The translations under genes were made by a program, and so were the position numbers. A stretch of DNA of 64,000 nt, from contig MU058198.1 in the NCBI GenBank assembly GCA_013265495.1, forward strand, positions 1,314,419 through 1,378,418, read 5' to 3'. The stretch comes from Vicugna vicugna (Eukaryota). Under the pieces are notes generated by a model. It saw only the letters and a list, made by a program, of their open reading frames with translations, ran no database searches and had not been told where the DNA came from. Numbering within the stretch: the first letter of the stretch is position 1; every line of letters starts with the position of its first letter. Below are positions 11,239-24,400 of the stretch, piece by piece.

Positions 11239-14200
11239 ATACTGACATCGCATCAACAGTGACTCTGTGCTGGGCATTTATTCTGTGAAAGATCTGATCC
11301 TAAGCGCTGTCCGTCTCTAATTCCCGCAAACCCCATCAGAGGTTCCCCCAGGGCCTATTTCCCCCTCCTGCTCCCAGAGGCTCTGGGTGACCCCTGACAC
11401 CCACTGAATGACCAGAGCACAGAGATCTGGGAAGGGGTCATGCGGTCCCAGGGGTCTGCCGCTGCCTGGCTTGCCTCTGCCCTACTGGAGAGTGAGGCCA
11501 GAGGCAGGTCAAGTGTGCTGTCTGGGGAATGGAGAAGGGGGGAGGGCAGCCCAGCCTTGTGACTGTACTCACCTGCCAGACCATCCGTCACCTGCCACCC
11601 GCCAATGGACCCACGACCTCTGTGCTCACCAGTAAAGTTGCTGCTGTTTCCAGGTCCCAGGCTGGACCAGTGCAGGTGAGTGAGGGACCTGCCTCTGGGA
11701 ACCCAGCAGTCCTGCAGGAGCCCTCCAGTCCTTCCCAGGGAGCCAGGTACCTTGTTTCCCAGCCCCTCCCCAGGGGCCCAGAGTCCTCCCCAGACACCTC
11801 CCCCCACACTGTATAACCCCCGCCATCCAGAGCCCTCTGAACCCCTGGCCTGCGGTCCTGTGAACTGACCCTTCACTCCATGCATCCTTGAGGTGCGAGG
11901 TGGAGCCACCAGAGGCTGAAAGGAGCAGAGGCAGCAAAGGATGAGCCTAGGGGTGAGAAAAGCACATACCGTCCCCTTCTCACCCATTCCTGGTGGGGCA
12001 CCGATAGAGAGAGCCCCTCGGTGGCTGCCCTCTTCTCAGAAGCACAGATACACACACTCACAGGGAAATACACAGACACCCTTAACACGGAGATGCACAG
12101 GCGCCAGTCCGCCCCGGCCTCACCTGGGGACTCCGGCGTAGGGCTCGTGGACAGGCTCCCACACAGACCAGCACAGGCAACAACACCCTGTGGGGAACAC
12201 ACACTCATACACACACAGGTACACACGCTCAGGCCATGTGTGCTCAGGGCAGACCCGCAAACACACACACACACACACACACACATGCATGCAGGCAGAG
12301 ACATAGACCCAGAACATGGACACTTCTACGCAGGCACAGAGAAGATGAACTCACACATAGATAGAATCAGGTATACCCAAAGGGGCGGCAACTTCACACA
12401 CAACGCACTCACCCACACATAAAACACAGACACAACTCCAGGGACACATATGCCCTGAGACACATACCTAACATAGAATGCTCTGAGTCACAGACCCATG
12501 TACAGATGTGCACAACCAACACACACTCCTTCAGTGAAAAACACACGGAGAAAAACACAGAGAGCTGAGTGATAGCTGTGCAATGGAAGATTCATGTTTA
12601 CAACTGATAAACGTACACAGAAACTCAGACACACAGGTCCATACATGCAGATTTCTACAATCACACACACACACACACACACAGACTCCCACTCCAGTGG
12701 AGACCCCTGCAGACAGGGAGAAGAGACCCTGGCATGACCAGCCCCACCTAAGCTGTCAGGGAAGGGGGTACTTCCTGGTTCAAACCCAGTGCCAGGCATC
12801 TGCCCCATGCAAGGACCTTCCACAGGGCTGTGTCCAGGCCTGAGATGCCAGAGTGGCCAGGGTAGAGTGGCGGTGGGGACAGGGGCATAGGGTGGGGACC
12901 GGACTATGACAGGGTGCACTTAGAGTGGGGGTGTTGCCTGAGGGCTTAGCAGATCCCAAGGTCAAGAGAAGGAGCCAGGTGAGCCTCCCCGGGACACCTC
13001 TGTGCGTCAGAGTGGGCTGCACCCTCTCGTTCAATGACAACAGTGACAGTAAAGACGTCTTCAGGACCATTATATGATAAGATAGTATTCACAGCAATGA
13101 CTGAGGTGGAGAAGTGGGCTGTGACTGTGGCTGCCTGGTTTGGCTTCATCTTCCGAGCAGGGCTGACCCTGAGCAAAGCTAGGCCACGGGCAAAGCTTCT
13201 CTCTGGTCCCTCTCACTGACCACTCTAAGCCTGATTTTTCCATCTGTGCAATGGGGACAGAGATGGCACGTCCTCAGGGTCCTATGAGAAGCTGCCTGCA
13301 AAGTGTAGCGCTTGGTTAGCACAGGCTGGTAACAGGAGGGGCCTTCAAGGCTGCACACCTTCTAAGGCGCCAGTTCTGGGAGGACGGCTGCTCCCGGGAG
13401 AGGACGATGCTAATGAGCACAGGTGCTCAGCACAAGTCCCCCCTCTTGTCCTCATGACAGTCTTTGGATGCAGGAATGGACACGCCCATTTTAGGGAAAG
13501 AAAGTCACCCAGGGTCACACTGCTGGTAAGCAGCACAACTGGGTCGCAAGCCTGAGGCTCCTGGCCCTGCCTCCAGGGGTCACAAAGGGCTCCTCTGGAC
13601 GGGAGGCTGAATGGGCTTTGGGGATGATCGCTCAGCTGCACGAGTGATCTCGCCATTTCCAGACCCCCAAACTCTGTTCACTTCTCCTTCTCGCCCTCAC
13701 TCCTGCCTGGGCGACAGTCGGGATGACCCTAGCACCCTTCATGGAAGTCCTCAGTCCCTTATTGGCTGGGCCTGTCTCCCATCTGCTTCTGAGCTAGCCT
13801 GACTTCCACCCCTTCTGGGCCTGGTCCGTCCTTTTAGACCCAGACAGCCCAGCTCTGGGATTCTAGGCAGGCAACTGCACCTAAACAGAATTTAACACTA
13901 TTGTTTTGTTATCCCTGTTTTGTTTTTGTTCTGCTTGGTTTTTTTTTTATGATTTCTTTATATTTATGGTAAAAAAAGATACTGATGTTTTGTTAGGAGT
14001 GATAGAATGTTTCCCATTTACAATAAATTTCCATAATAATAAAAAGCTACAGGACTTAAAGCAATGATTTTAAGCTGCCAGGGGCCTGAAGGAGCTAGGG
14101 AAACACAGGGTCAGTCATGCAGAAAAGCATCTTTAGGAAGCTCAGCTGAGGACAGGACCCAGAACAGGCCATCATCTGCGGGGTTTGTCCAACCACTTGT

Positions 14201-15119
14201 GTCCCTGCCCACCTGCTTGGCTCTCCCCACCCAGCACTCCTGGCGCTGCCAAGCTCTTTGGGTGTTGTCCTCAAATCCCCCGGAAGAGAAGCTGATGAAC
14301 TTTTGCCCTTAAAACCCTCAATTTCTGGAGACCCTGGGAGATCAATCATGAGAGTCAGATGGGATTTTTTCCCCGCTGCGTGTTCCTAATGTAAAGCGCA
14401 CGCTAGCAGGTGGTGGATCCAACCCCATTTCAGGTGTTCAAATGTCTAAGTCAATCAGGAATGACTTTGAGACCACACCATCTTGTCACACGAACTGGAA
14501 TTCCCAGGCCAGGAGGAAACATATTTTATTACCTTATTATCATGATCCCATAATTCAGTTCAAATATAACCTCTTTCCCTTTGGGATTTCTTCTTTCCTC
14601 ATATTTTACTTACAAAGGTGCTTCTCGATTTCCCTACATGAGAAATTCTAGTTATCTTTTTATCAGTGACTTCTAGCAGAATTACATTATCAGATACACA
14701 CTTTGTCTGATTTCATTCCTCTGAAATGTACTGAAATTTGCTTGGTGGCCAAAATAAATATCTATATGATTAGGATGGCTGGCTATTAAGGTCTTCTACA
14801 TCTTACAGATGTTCTATGTGCTTATGGTATGAGTTGTTGAGAGAGGGATGTGAAAAGCACCCCCTCTTCTTGTGTATTTGATTATTTTTGTAGCTCTGTC
14901 ATCATTCGCTTTATATGTTTTTCAGCCACTGCCAATGGGATCTTGGGGGTTCTCAAAGGAGGGAAGAGGCAGAAGTGGGGGACAGGGGACCTGGGTTGAG
15001 GAGGACAAGAAACCACAAACTCTGAAAAGGTTCCAGACAGGACCGACAGTTGGATGGCTCGTCATGGGGCATCCGGTAGGGGAGAAACATTCTAAAAGTG
15101 AGGTCATCGGGGTGTCCAT

Positions 15120-15195
15120 TGTGAGGAATGACGACGAAGGCAGGGATTGGTCGAGAGGGGGTATAAAGCCTCCGCGTTGCTATGGCATCGACCAA
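15120..15195 (+). promoter_or_regulatory. Candidate promoter of the MIA3/TANGO1-like locus
   Basis: TGACG (CRE half-site) 15129-15133, ATTGG (inverted CCAAT) 15146-15150, TATAAA 15162-15167, X-box-like GTTGCTATGGCATC 15176-15189; locally CpG-enriched. Confidence 0.5.
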
Positions 15196-18115
15196 ACAGG
15201 AGAAGGCTGGGAGGCAGACGAGTCTGTCTCCTCTAACTGCTCCTGAGAGTCGGCTTCGCCCGCTGTTTATTTTCCTGACCTGCTTACCTGCTGACCTACT
15301 GACCTGTCTGAACCCTCCTTCCTCCCCTCAAGGGCTTGGTTGACCCTCATCCTTTCTGTGACCCGCTTCTTCTCCTCCCAAGTACCCAGCCCCTCTTCCT
15401 GTTCCACTCCCTCCCCAATCCCATCCCCAACTCCAACCCCAACCCCTCCCCAACACTGTTCTTCTGGCTCCTCTTGCTGGGGTGTCCTGGGCACCAAAAC
15501 GTGGATGTGAGTAAACATCGGGCAACAGAGGTGTCCTCCCCTTCTCCTGGGCTCTTTCACACTGTGGTTAAATCACTGCTTTTTTATGGGATCCTTGATG
15601 GGAACTCATCCTTTGTGAAGACCGAGGCCCTCAGCGCAGGTTTCTTGACCAGCCTGAAGTGGCTCTGGCCACCGGCGGCCTCATCAAGACCTGGTCCTGT
15701 CAGGGCTGCTTGGACCAAACACAGGAGGGTTGACAGGATGAAACCTGGAATAGTAACTTTATTGCGTCAAAGAAGGAACTGTGAATGTCCCAAAGCCATT
15801 GAGTTGTATGCCTAAAATGGGGGAATATATGAACTATAGCCCAGTAAAGCTGTTTTTCTTTTTTTAAAGTGAGAAACTCTTATTTACTAGGAGTCATAGA
15901 GGTAGACTGGCTCCTGGAAAGCTTGTCAAGATCCTGATTCAAGCTGTACATGTTTGGGGTCCATTCCCCATGCAGTGTGTTTTCCTATAAGTACACCTTC
16001 CAACTTTGTGAAGTTTGGCAGCCCTGGGAACAGTGGTATCTAAGCACTGTGTTGGTATTAGTCTGTTAAACAGTGAAATGTCACTTTTGCTCTGTGTTTT
16101 CTGGCCCTGAGAGCCCCGCCAATGTGGAAAAAAAAAAGTGGCTTCAGCCTGTTGGGATGTTTATAACGGGGAAATGCCTGGGAGTCACGTGACCAGGAGG
16201 TGGATGAGTTGTCGCCCTTTCTTTAGTGACGTGTGCGTGTGCAGAGTGTCGATTTACCCAAAGCATAAAGGGTCCTTCTTGTCCTTAGAACTGTCCAAAT
16301 GCAAAGAAAATTTGGGATCGTGCTGTGAAAGTTTTCATTCTCTCAGGAAGAAGCACCCCCACATCCAGGAAAGAGAGAGAAAGACTGAGAACACCCCATG
16401 GATTTAAGTGGGTTTGTTCTGATCGGCCTGCACCAGATTCTTAGGGACCTGCAGAAGGCCAGTTTCAGGAACAAGCTTTGCCCTGAGGCAGAATCAACCA
16501 AAGAAGAGTCTATTCTGTTTCTTTTGAGTGTATTAAGGAGGACATTTCTAGACAATCTTTGCCGGAAATTTTTCCCTCACAGGGAATGAGGCTGTCTTCT
16601 CCTAGGTTAGTTAAGCCCTCTTTCCTACCACTTGGAGGAACTAACTTGTCCTCCTCCACCGTTGCTCATGGCCACTGACAGTCAGAACCTTAGTTTACTG
16701 GCCCCGGTGGACAGAATTTAGGTAGGAGTCAGCTACCGATGTCAGCATGTAGACAGTGCCATGGTAACAAGCATGCCCACAACTGAGGATGTTTTACCAA
16801 CTAGTGACAAGACAGTCTTTGCCTCTTTTGTGCATTTGATCTGCCCGTCTAACCCTTGTGCTGAGAGCCGCTGCTCTCATCAGACAGCAGCTACTCAAAG
16901 ACAGCACGCGTTTCCCACCAGCACACATTTTACTGAGCTCAGCTGTGAGGCAGATGAAGAAAATGTTATCGATTTCAGAAGCTACTTTCTAGAGAGGTTT
17001 TATTTGCACAAAACTGAAGCTTGGTGTGTGGACTAGTATGAATTACATTGTGAGTTAAATTTCTCCTAAAATACTTGTAAATCTAGCTTCTGTAAAAGAA
17101 TATGTTTGCCTTTGGTTTGGGTGATTATGCTATTCCAAAATTTGGATTCCTTTACAAATTAACTTTCAGGGTTACTAATTAATTGATTTAGGTACAATAC
17201 TATGAAAGGAGAATGTGAATTCTTCTTATTGGTTATTTAGAATTGTGTTTTTAACTAACTTCATTCTCATAGTTTTAATCGTAATATATAAGATCACTCT
17301 ATTGTGCAAATCTTTATGTATTTCAGAAATCTGATATTATGTGCTCTGGTTCAGAATCAAAGTGATCATTGAAAGAAAACCTCAATGGTTTTAGAAACTT
17401 GGGTTAATCAATAATTTGTAATTAGTTTTTGTTAGGAAAATAATTCTAGCTTTATTATAGTAACAGCTACCAACCTTTCTGACTTCTTTTCATATCTATA
17501 AAACATCTCTTTTTATATTATTCTCATTTGTATCTTTAACACACATATTTTAACTGTTATTTTTCCCATTCTTCCATATATTTGGGGTTTATTTTTGGAG
17601 ATGTTTCATTGCAGTTTATCCAGATACTTCATGAATGTACAATAGAAGATGTAGGTTTCCCATCTGCAATAAGTGTGTATTTACTTATTTTTAAATTTTA
17701 CGTTGCCTTATACATTTATGACTTAAGTCTTGTTAACTGTTTATGAAACAATTTGCAGTGTGTTGTCAGCAATTAAAATCTCAGTTTGTGTATGAGGTTT
17801 TTTCTACGGCATTAAGTATAATGTAATTTACATATAATAACAGCACCTTTCTAATGAATACAATCTGTTGATATCTGACAAATGCATGCAGCAATAAAAC
17901 CATCACCACATAAAGACAGTCAACCCATCCATCGCCCCGAAAAGTTTCCTCATGCTCCTTTTTAATCAATCTATCCCCTCTCTCCCCTGTGAGGAGCTCC
18001 TTGAGGGTTGTGGTTGCTGCCTGGAGGCTGGCTTAGGGTTCCTAAGGATGATTCTTCGTGACAGATAAACTGTGAATGTCTTTGAGTTTCTGTATTATCT
18101 CCGATATTATTTCAG

Positions 18116-18481
18116 ATCATCCACGTTCTGTCTGGCTTTCTCCATCTTGAGCCCGATGTGTATGGAATTCTGCAGAAGTTTACCGATAGTATTGCTGTTC
18201 TGCCTGACTTTTTCCATCTCGGGCCTGATGTCTACGGAATCCTGCACAAGTTTACCGGTATTACTGACATTCTGCCTGACTTTTTCCATCTCGGGCCTGA
18301 TGTCTACGGAATCCTGCACAAGTTTACCGCTGTTATTGACATTCTGCCTGACTTTCTCCATCTTGGGCCCGACGTCTACGGAATTCCGTGGAAGTTTACC
18401 GGTATTGCTGCCTCCTTGGGAATTTCTGCAATTCTAATTTTCTCCTGGAGGATTGTCTGTGCTGCATTACTAAAGTACCCT
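18116..18481 (+). CDS. MIA3-like exon: 4x24-aa repeat followed by transmembrane helix
   Basis: ttcag acceptor; ends with TM-like GIAASLGISAILIFSWRIVCA. Phase-0 donor CCT|gtaggt at 18482; the MIA3-homologous position (18464) reads gcatta. Confidence 0.75.
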
Positions 18482-21400
18482 GTAGGTATACTTTTAATCA
18501 AAATTAAACAGGAGACCAGTTCTACAAATTTTCCTCTGAGTACTCCTTTCACTGCACCCAATAAGTCCTATTTTCATTACTGTTTAGATTGAAATGTCCT
18601 CAGATTTCTGCTGAGTTGTCCTCCTTGACCCATGTGTTCTTTAGAAGTGTGTTGTTTAATTTCCAAGGTTTTTTTGTTGTTGTTGTTTTTTTTGTAGTTT
18701 TCCAGCTCTTCCTGTTACGGATTTCTACTCTCAATCTATTGTGACCTGAGAACATCCTTTTTATGATTACTGTTCATTTAAATTCGTTAAGCTGTATTTT
18801 ATGGCCCTGAAATATGGTCTGTCTCCGTGAATGTTCTATGTGAATCATGGATGAATCATGGATCATGGATGCTCTGCTGCTGTTGGATGAGATGTTCTGC
18901 AGGTGTCAGATCCAGCTGAGTGATGATGCTGTTCAGTTCAAGTGTATTCTTCCTGCATTTCTGTATGCTGGGTCTAGCCATAATGATGGATTCATCTATT
19001 GCTCCTAGCAATCCTGTCAGTTTTTGCCTCGCGTTTTGACGCTCTGCTGTTAATTCATATACATTAAGGACGGTTCTGTCTTCTTGGAGAAGTAACCACT
19101 TTACCATTAAAGCAATGTCTTTCATTATACCTGATAGACTATACCTCCTTACTCTCTGGTGTGTTTTGAAGGATGAGTTAACCGGCACAGAATTCTAGGT
19201 TGATGGGGTTTTTTTTAATGTTAACACTTTAAATATTTTATTCCACTTTTGTCTTGATTGCTTGGTTCCTGAAGAGAAATTTGGTGTATGTCTGTCCTTG
19301 TTCCTCTGTGGGTAAGGTGTTATTCCCCCACACCCTACCCCCAGCTTCTACCAAAATTTTTTCTTTGTCTTTGATTTTCTGTAGTTTAAATATTCTATGT
19401 TTAGATATATAATACTGGAGTGATGTGTGTGTTTACTATGTACGTATGTGTATATACATCCTTGCATTTATCCTGAGTAGAATTCTTTGAGCTTCCTGGA
19501 TCTGTGGTTCGGTGACTATCATTACTTTTGGAAAATTCTCAGTCATTATTGCCTGGAATGTTTTCTGCTTTCCTTTCTTCTCCTTTCTTCTTATTCCCAT
19601 TGTGTGTATGTTACACCTTTTGTAGTTATCCCACTGGTCTTGGATAATCTGTACTTTATCTTAAGCTTATTTTCTTTGCATTTCTGTTTAGAAAGTTGCC
19701 ACTGACATTTCTTCAAACACTGATTCTTTCCTCAGCTATGTCAAGTTTGTTAATAACTCCATCAAAGCTATTCCTCATTTCTGTGATGGTGTTTTTGATT
19801 TCTAGAATTTCCTTTGAAGCCTCAGTTTTCATCTCTCTGCTTACATTTACCACCTCTTCTTGCATATTGTCCACTTTTTTTCATTGGAGCCATTATCATA
19901 TTAATCCCAGTGGTTTTAAATTCTTGGCCAGATAATTCTGTCCTGTCATATTGAGTACAAATCAAATGCTTGCTCTTTGAGTTCAAACTGTGTGGTTTCT
20001 TCTTTTAGTGTCTTGTAAGGACTTGTTGAAAGCTGGGTGTTGCGTCATGGTACGGTGGAACTGAGGTAAGTCGGTGTTTAGTGTTTGGTTTGATATTTAT
20101 CTGGCCAGGGGTTAGGCTGAGTTTTCCCTTAGGCAAGACTGGAAGTGCGTATTTCCCTTCACCCATGCCGCCTAGTCTTTGGCAGAACCCCAGTTAGGCT
20201 CTGGTAAAACTGTTTCTCTTGAGGGCAGGCATTTTTTAGAAGAACAGAACATGATGAGTTTATTTTTAAATGGCTATGTCCTCCCTCTCCCTGCCAACAG
20301 CCTGAGGTGGCTTTTCTCCCCAATATTTGCTGTGAGAATCTGTTAGGATTCTGAAGATAAAACTGACAGAAGGATGGGAGCCCCCTAACACTGGGCACCC
20401 TGGCATTTTTAAATCTCAGTCTTGTCCACACCGGGCCTCCAGGACTTCATCAGTTACCGTGTGTAGGTTTTCCTATCGTGGTTCTCTGGTCCCTGCAGAG
20501 ACTTCCGACCTCGGGCTTCTGCTCCCGTAAGTGGTATTGCCGGTATCTGCCAGGCTTTTTCTCAAATTGCAGCAACCCTTTGCGCTGTGACATCAGTTCT
20601 CTGAATGATGTATGAAGAGCTTTTTGATTCTCAGTTTTTCTGTCTTGTTATGTGGGCGGGAGTGACAATTTCCAGGCTCCTTAAACGCTGGACTTGAATC
20701 CAGCAGTCTAGCTCTTTCGTTGTTTCCTTTTGGATTACTAACTTAACACATAAATTAATGTCTGAAATGGAAGTTAACGCTGCAAAATACTCTGTTTTTG
20801 ATAAAGAACTCACTGAGCAAGACAATATATTCTCAATGAGAAAAATACAATTTATCAATTCTTCTCTTAGAAAATAGAAATAATAATTATTTGGTGAGCC
20901 CGACTCTCTTCCCACGTGCTCCTGCCTGTGGATTGGGTGACAAGGGACAGAGAAGCTCAGTGTTCCCTGAGCAACATGTGAAGTTGAGGGAGTAGCCGTG
21001 ATATTCTGTTTGCCCTCTATGGATGCATTTTTCTATAACCGCATTATTACCGCTGGATTTTTGACACTGTCATGATATTCCAGTATCTTGGGAAGTTTGG
21101 GGGGCTAGCCTCAGTATCTGATCATGGTCTAAACTTTTGAATAGAGAAATATGTAGAGATCAGGAAAATATGTCTTTACATGGTATTAAAATGAGGTCCT
21201 GCCTGGATTGTATTGAGCTATAATTCATCAAATGATGACTTGAGTCTGGGAAGCAAGCATTTTTTGCCCTTCCTTGAAATGTTAGCTCTCCTTTCTGCTG
21301 TGCTTGTATTTTTTTCTCTAGCCATCTCCTGCTTTGTTTCTCATTTGAGGATGCTCTATTATCAGTGTTCTGGAAAAACAAGAGGCTCTATTGCAATTGT

Positions 21401-24400
21401 TTATCAGTTTAGCAAACAGCCAACTCTGTGAGTGAAAGAGGCATATCTTAGTACAAAAATTTTGTCTTTTTATTTTGAGGTTTTAAAAACAATCCCATTT
21501 TCTGGACTTCTCTGTGGATATTGGGTTTGATCCAAAAAAAACAAAAGTTGGATAAATGATGCATAAGTATATTTATTAAACTATATTATCAAAATTAGAT
21601 TGGTGTTATCAGAATTGAATATGCAGTATCAAAATTAAATAGATTGGTGTGTATTTAATAGACTGTAAAAAGACCTTTTGATCAAAAATAAAATATTTAC
21701 CATTGTGCTCTTTTTCAGAAATGGTTTGTGAAGTATCATGACTTAAGTAGGAAATTCTCATTTTTTCCTGTTTTTAATCCTATGAATCATTATGCTCAAA
21801 CAAAATAATGATTATTATTTCATTGGATTATTATTTTGTTATTTTATCAGAAACTATAGATTTTTACTAATTATAAGATTTGAGATCAAATTTAATGTTG
21901 TTTCTTCTTCTCCTAGGTAAAGCCTCCAAAAAACCAAGGTAAGATTTTAGGGTCCAGTTTTCTTTGTCCCATCTTCTCAATACTAGGATTTGATGTAGGT
22001 TTTAATTCAACTAGGAGTAAACACAGTGACTTCTGATGTCTAACTGACTTCTTAACTCTTGAAAATTTTACCCCTGGGATGGTGTCTAAACAAGGTAGTG
22101 AAGTTGGCATCTATTGAGATAAGAGACCAGGAGGATCACGGGAGTAGGGAGAGGAGGATGAGTTTAATTTTGCACAGAAGCCTTTAGGAAGTAGGAGGTG
22201 AGAAGAGTGTAAAGTTTGGAGTGAGTACCTGACATGACCTGGTTCTTGGTGAAAAGGAAAGATGCTAAAACACCTATCAAGAATCTTCAGGCTTAGGGAA
22301 GGATGCAGATGTAGCCAGGCATTGTGTGTCACAGCAGAGACAGAAACCATGTGTTGTGACTCAGAAGTGAAGGGAGCCATTCATGCCATTGGGACTTCAT
22401 GGAAATGATTCAGGATCATTTCAAGAGGATAATGCTTTCTGTGCAGGCTTCATGGACTCTGATGACTAAGTGGGACTGCCTGTGGAGGGCAAGGTGGCTT
22501 CCTGACCCTTAGTAGGCCCTCAAATGTTGGTGTTTGTCACAACGGTTGCAGAAGTGCTGGTGGTGAGAAGAGTGATCTCAGCATCAGAGCTTCCACGCTG
22601 GATGAAGAGAAGATAAATTTGCACTGTGTGGTCAGATGAGAGAATTAAATGCCTGATAGAGGAGTCTGGAGTTGAGGGCTGTGTTCTAGAGCTTTACATG
22701 GGTGTTCACCTGTAACTGGGTGCTTATGTGTGCTGCTTTCCTGAAGCAGTGATGGTAACATTCTCATCCTGGGGATGAAAAAGCTCATCTCTTAGGGAGT
22801 GTGATCCAGGTCCTCCAGTGACGAGGTGGTGAAGCCCACATTGTAGTGAAGTGTTTAATTTCAACAACCTTGTCCTTCAGGGCCCCCAGTATGGTTTTCA
22901 TTGAAAGACAATCAGCTGGGCAGAAGGAAGATGCTGGAGGCCTTTGAATAGCCAGTCAATTGACATTTTAGCTTGCCTTCTATGCAATTGCAAATAAGGT
23001 CTAGAAGTAAGCTGAGTATGGGTGAAATAAAGATTTAAAAAAAAAATAGGGACTTATTTATTTACCTTAATAATTGGATGCTTGATTTTTATTTCATCTC
23101 TGGTGATGACGTAATTATTTGAAGTGATTAAATTTTCTAGAAATGGTGCTTGTAGATGGGAGAAAAATTAGGAGAAGACTTTTTGTTGTATTTCTTCATC
23201 TTTGAAAACGTTTTAAATAGGAATATCATTGAATCCAGCTTTTCTTACATTTAAAATGCTACTAAAATTTGCTTCCTTTCAAGCACAATAGTAAAGCTAA
23301 AAAGTTAATTGCACTCATGGTGCCAGTCAGATAACATGTCTCTGCTGCTAATACATTGGGATAATACAGTTTAACTGGGTTTCCTACCAGTCTTAGAAAT
23401 TGTTTTATCTCCTTTTAGTAAACGTACAGCAAATACCTGAGAAGACCGATAACATCAAGGAAAAAATCACAGAACATTCAGAAAATATGTCTATTTCGAA
23501 ACAGAAGGTATTATTGTCCTTTTGTTATTTTTCATGATTTCACCTTCAGTTCCTTCCCTGTCTGACAGTTCAGTTATTTTTCTCTCTTCTTTCATCCTGC
23601 CATCCCATTTCATATGTTCCTCAAACAGTCCAAATTCAAAGCAAGCCTCACAGATGTAAAGCACTGCTTTCTGTATTTGTGGAAGGAACCACGCATAAGA
23701 AGACAGGTTTGTCTAACACTGTAATTAATGTTTGTAATTCTGATTCCTTTCTTTCACAGACCGCTGAATCAAAGAAACATGGTCACAAAACCACTAGGCA
23801 CAATAAGATGCTCTCTGATGAGGCACTTAAGGTAAAAATCTCTTCTTTCCCTAGATTACGTTCTGACAACAGAAGTAAAGTAATGAGTAATTGTTATGGA
23901 TTCAATATGTTTTGTTGAAGGGTAACATCAAAACAATTGAGAAGGCTGACAAGCATTCGAATGGCGTCCCTGAAAGCACTCCTGCTACACCGCCATCGGT
24001 GAGGGGTCAGAATGTCAAGAATCCAAAGGCGGTAAGAATTTGGCTGCTAAATTTACCATAATTTGGCTTCCGAGGCTTTTTGTGCATTGGGTGAGCTGAG
24101 TGCTCCAGCTCCTCTTGCTTTTGGCCATAGTAGAGTCTGGGAGCTGAACCTCCTTGTAACAACAATCCAGAATTTCATAAACTAATAACTAGGAAATATG
24201 TTTCTGATTTTCTCAACCTAGGGGGTTTTCTCACCACTCAGCACTGCTCTCCAAGATACGTAGGAAATTCCAGGAAATACATGAGAAGGGAAGGACGTCA
24301 TCTAGCCAAGTTGTACAGCCCCTTCCCCTCTTTCTGTTAAACAGAGAATTTTCCATGTGAATTTGGGAAAGCTTTCTTTTTATTCCAGTAGGAACACTCA

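Noticed and set aside
11355..12919. Long ORFs of 130-210 aa on both strands
   Set aside because: GC-rich and (CA)n-rich low-complexity sequence; no recognisable domain or consistent exon structure.
16398..16589. ATG-initiated ORF MDLSGFVLIGLHQ... as the missing first coding exon
   Set aside because: No similarity to TANGO1S that I can recognise and no strong in-phase GT donor; cannot be supported without cDNA.
18107..18437. Repetitive ORFs 18107-18361 (-) and 18072-18437 (+), and a superficially CRISPR-like repeat look
   Set aside because: These are alternative-frame readings of the 72-bp coding repeat. Units are contiguous with no unique spacers, and the DNA is mammalian.
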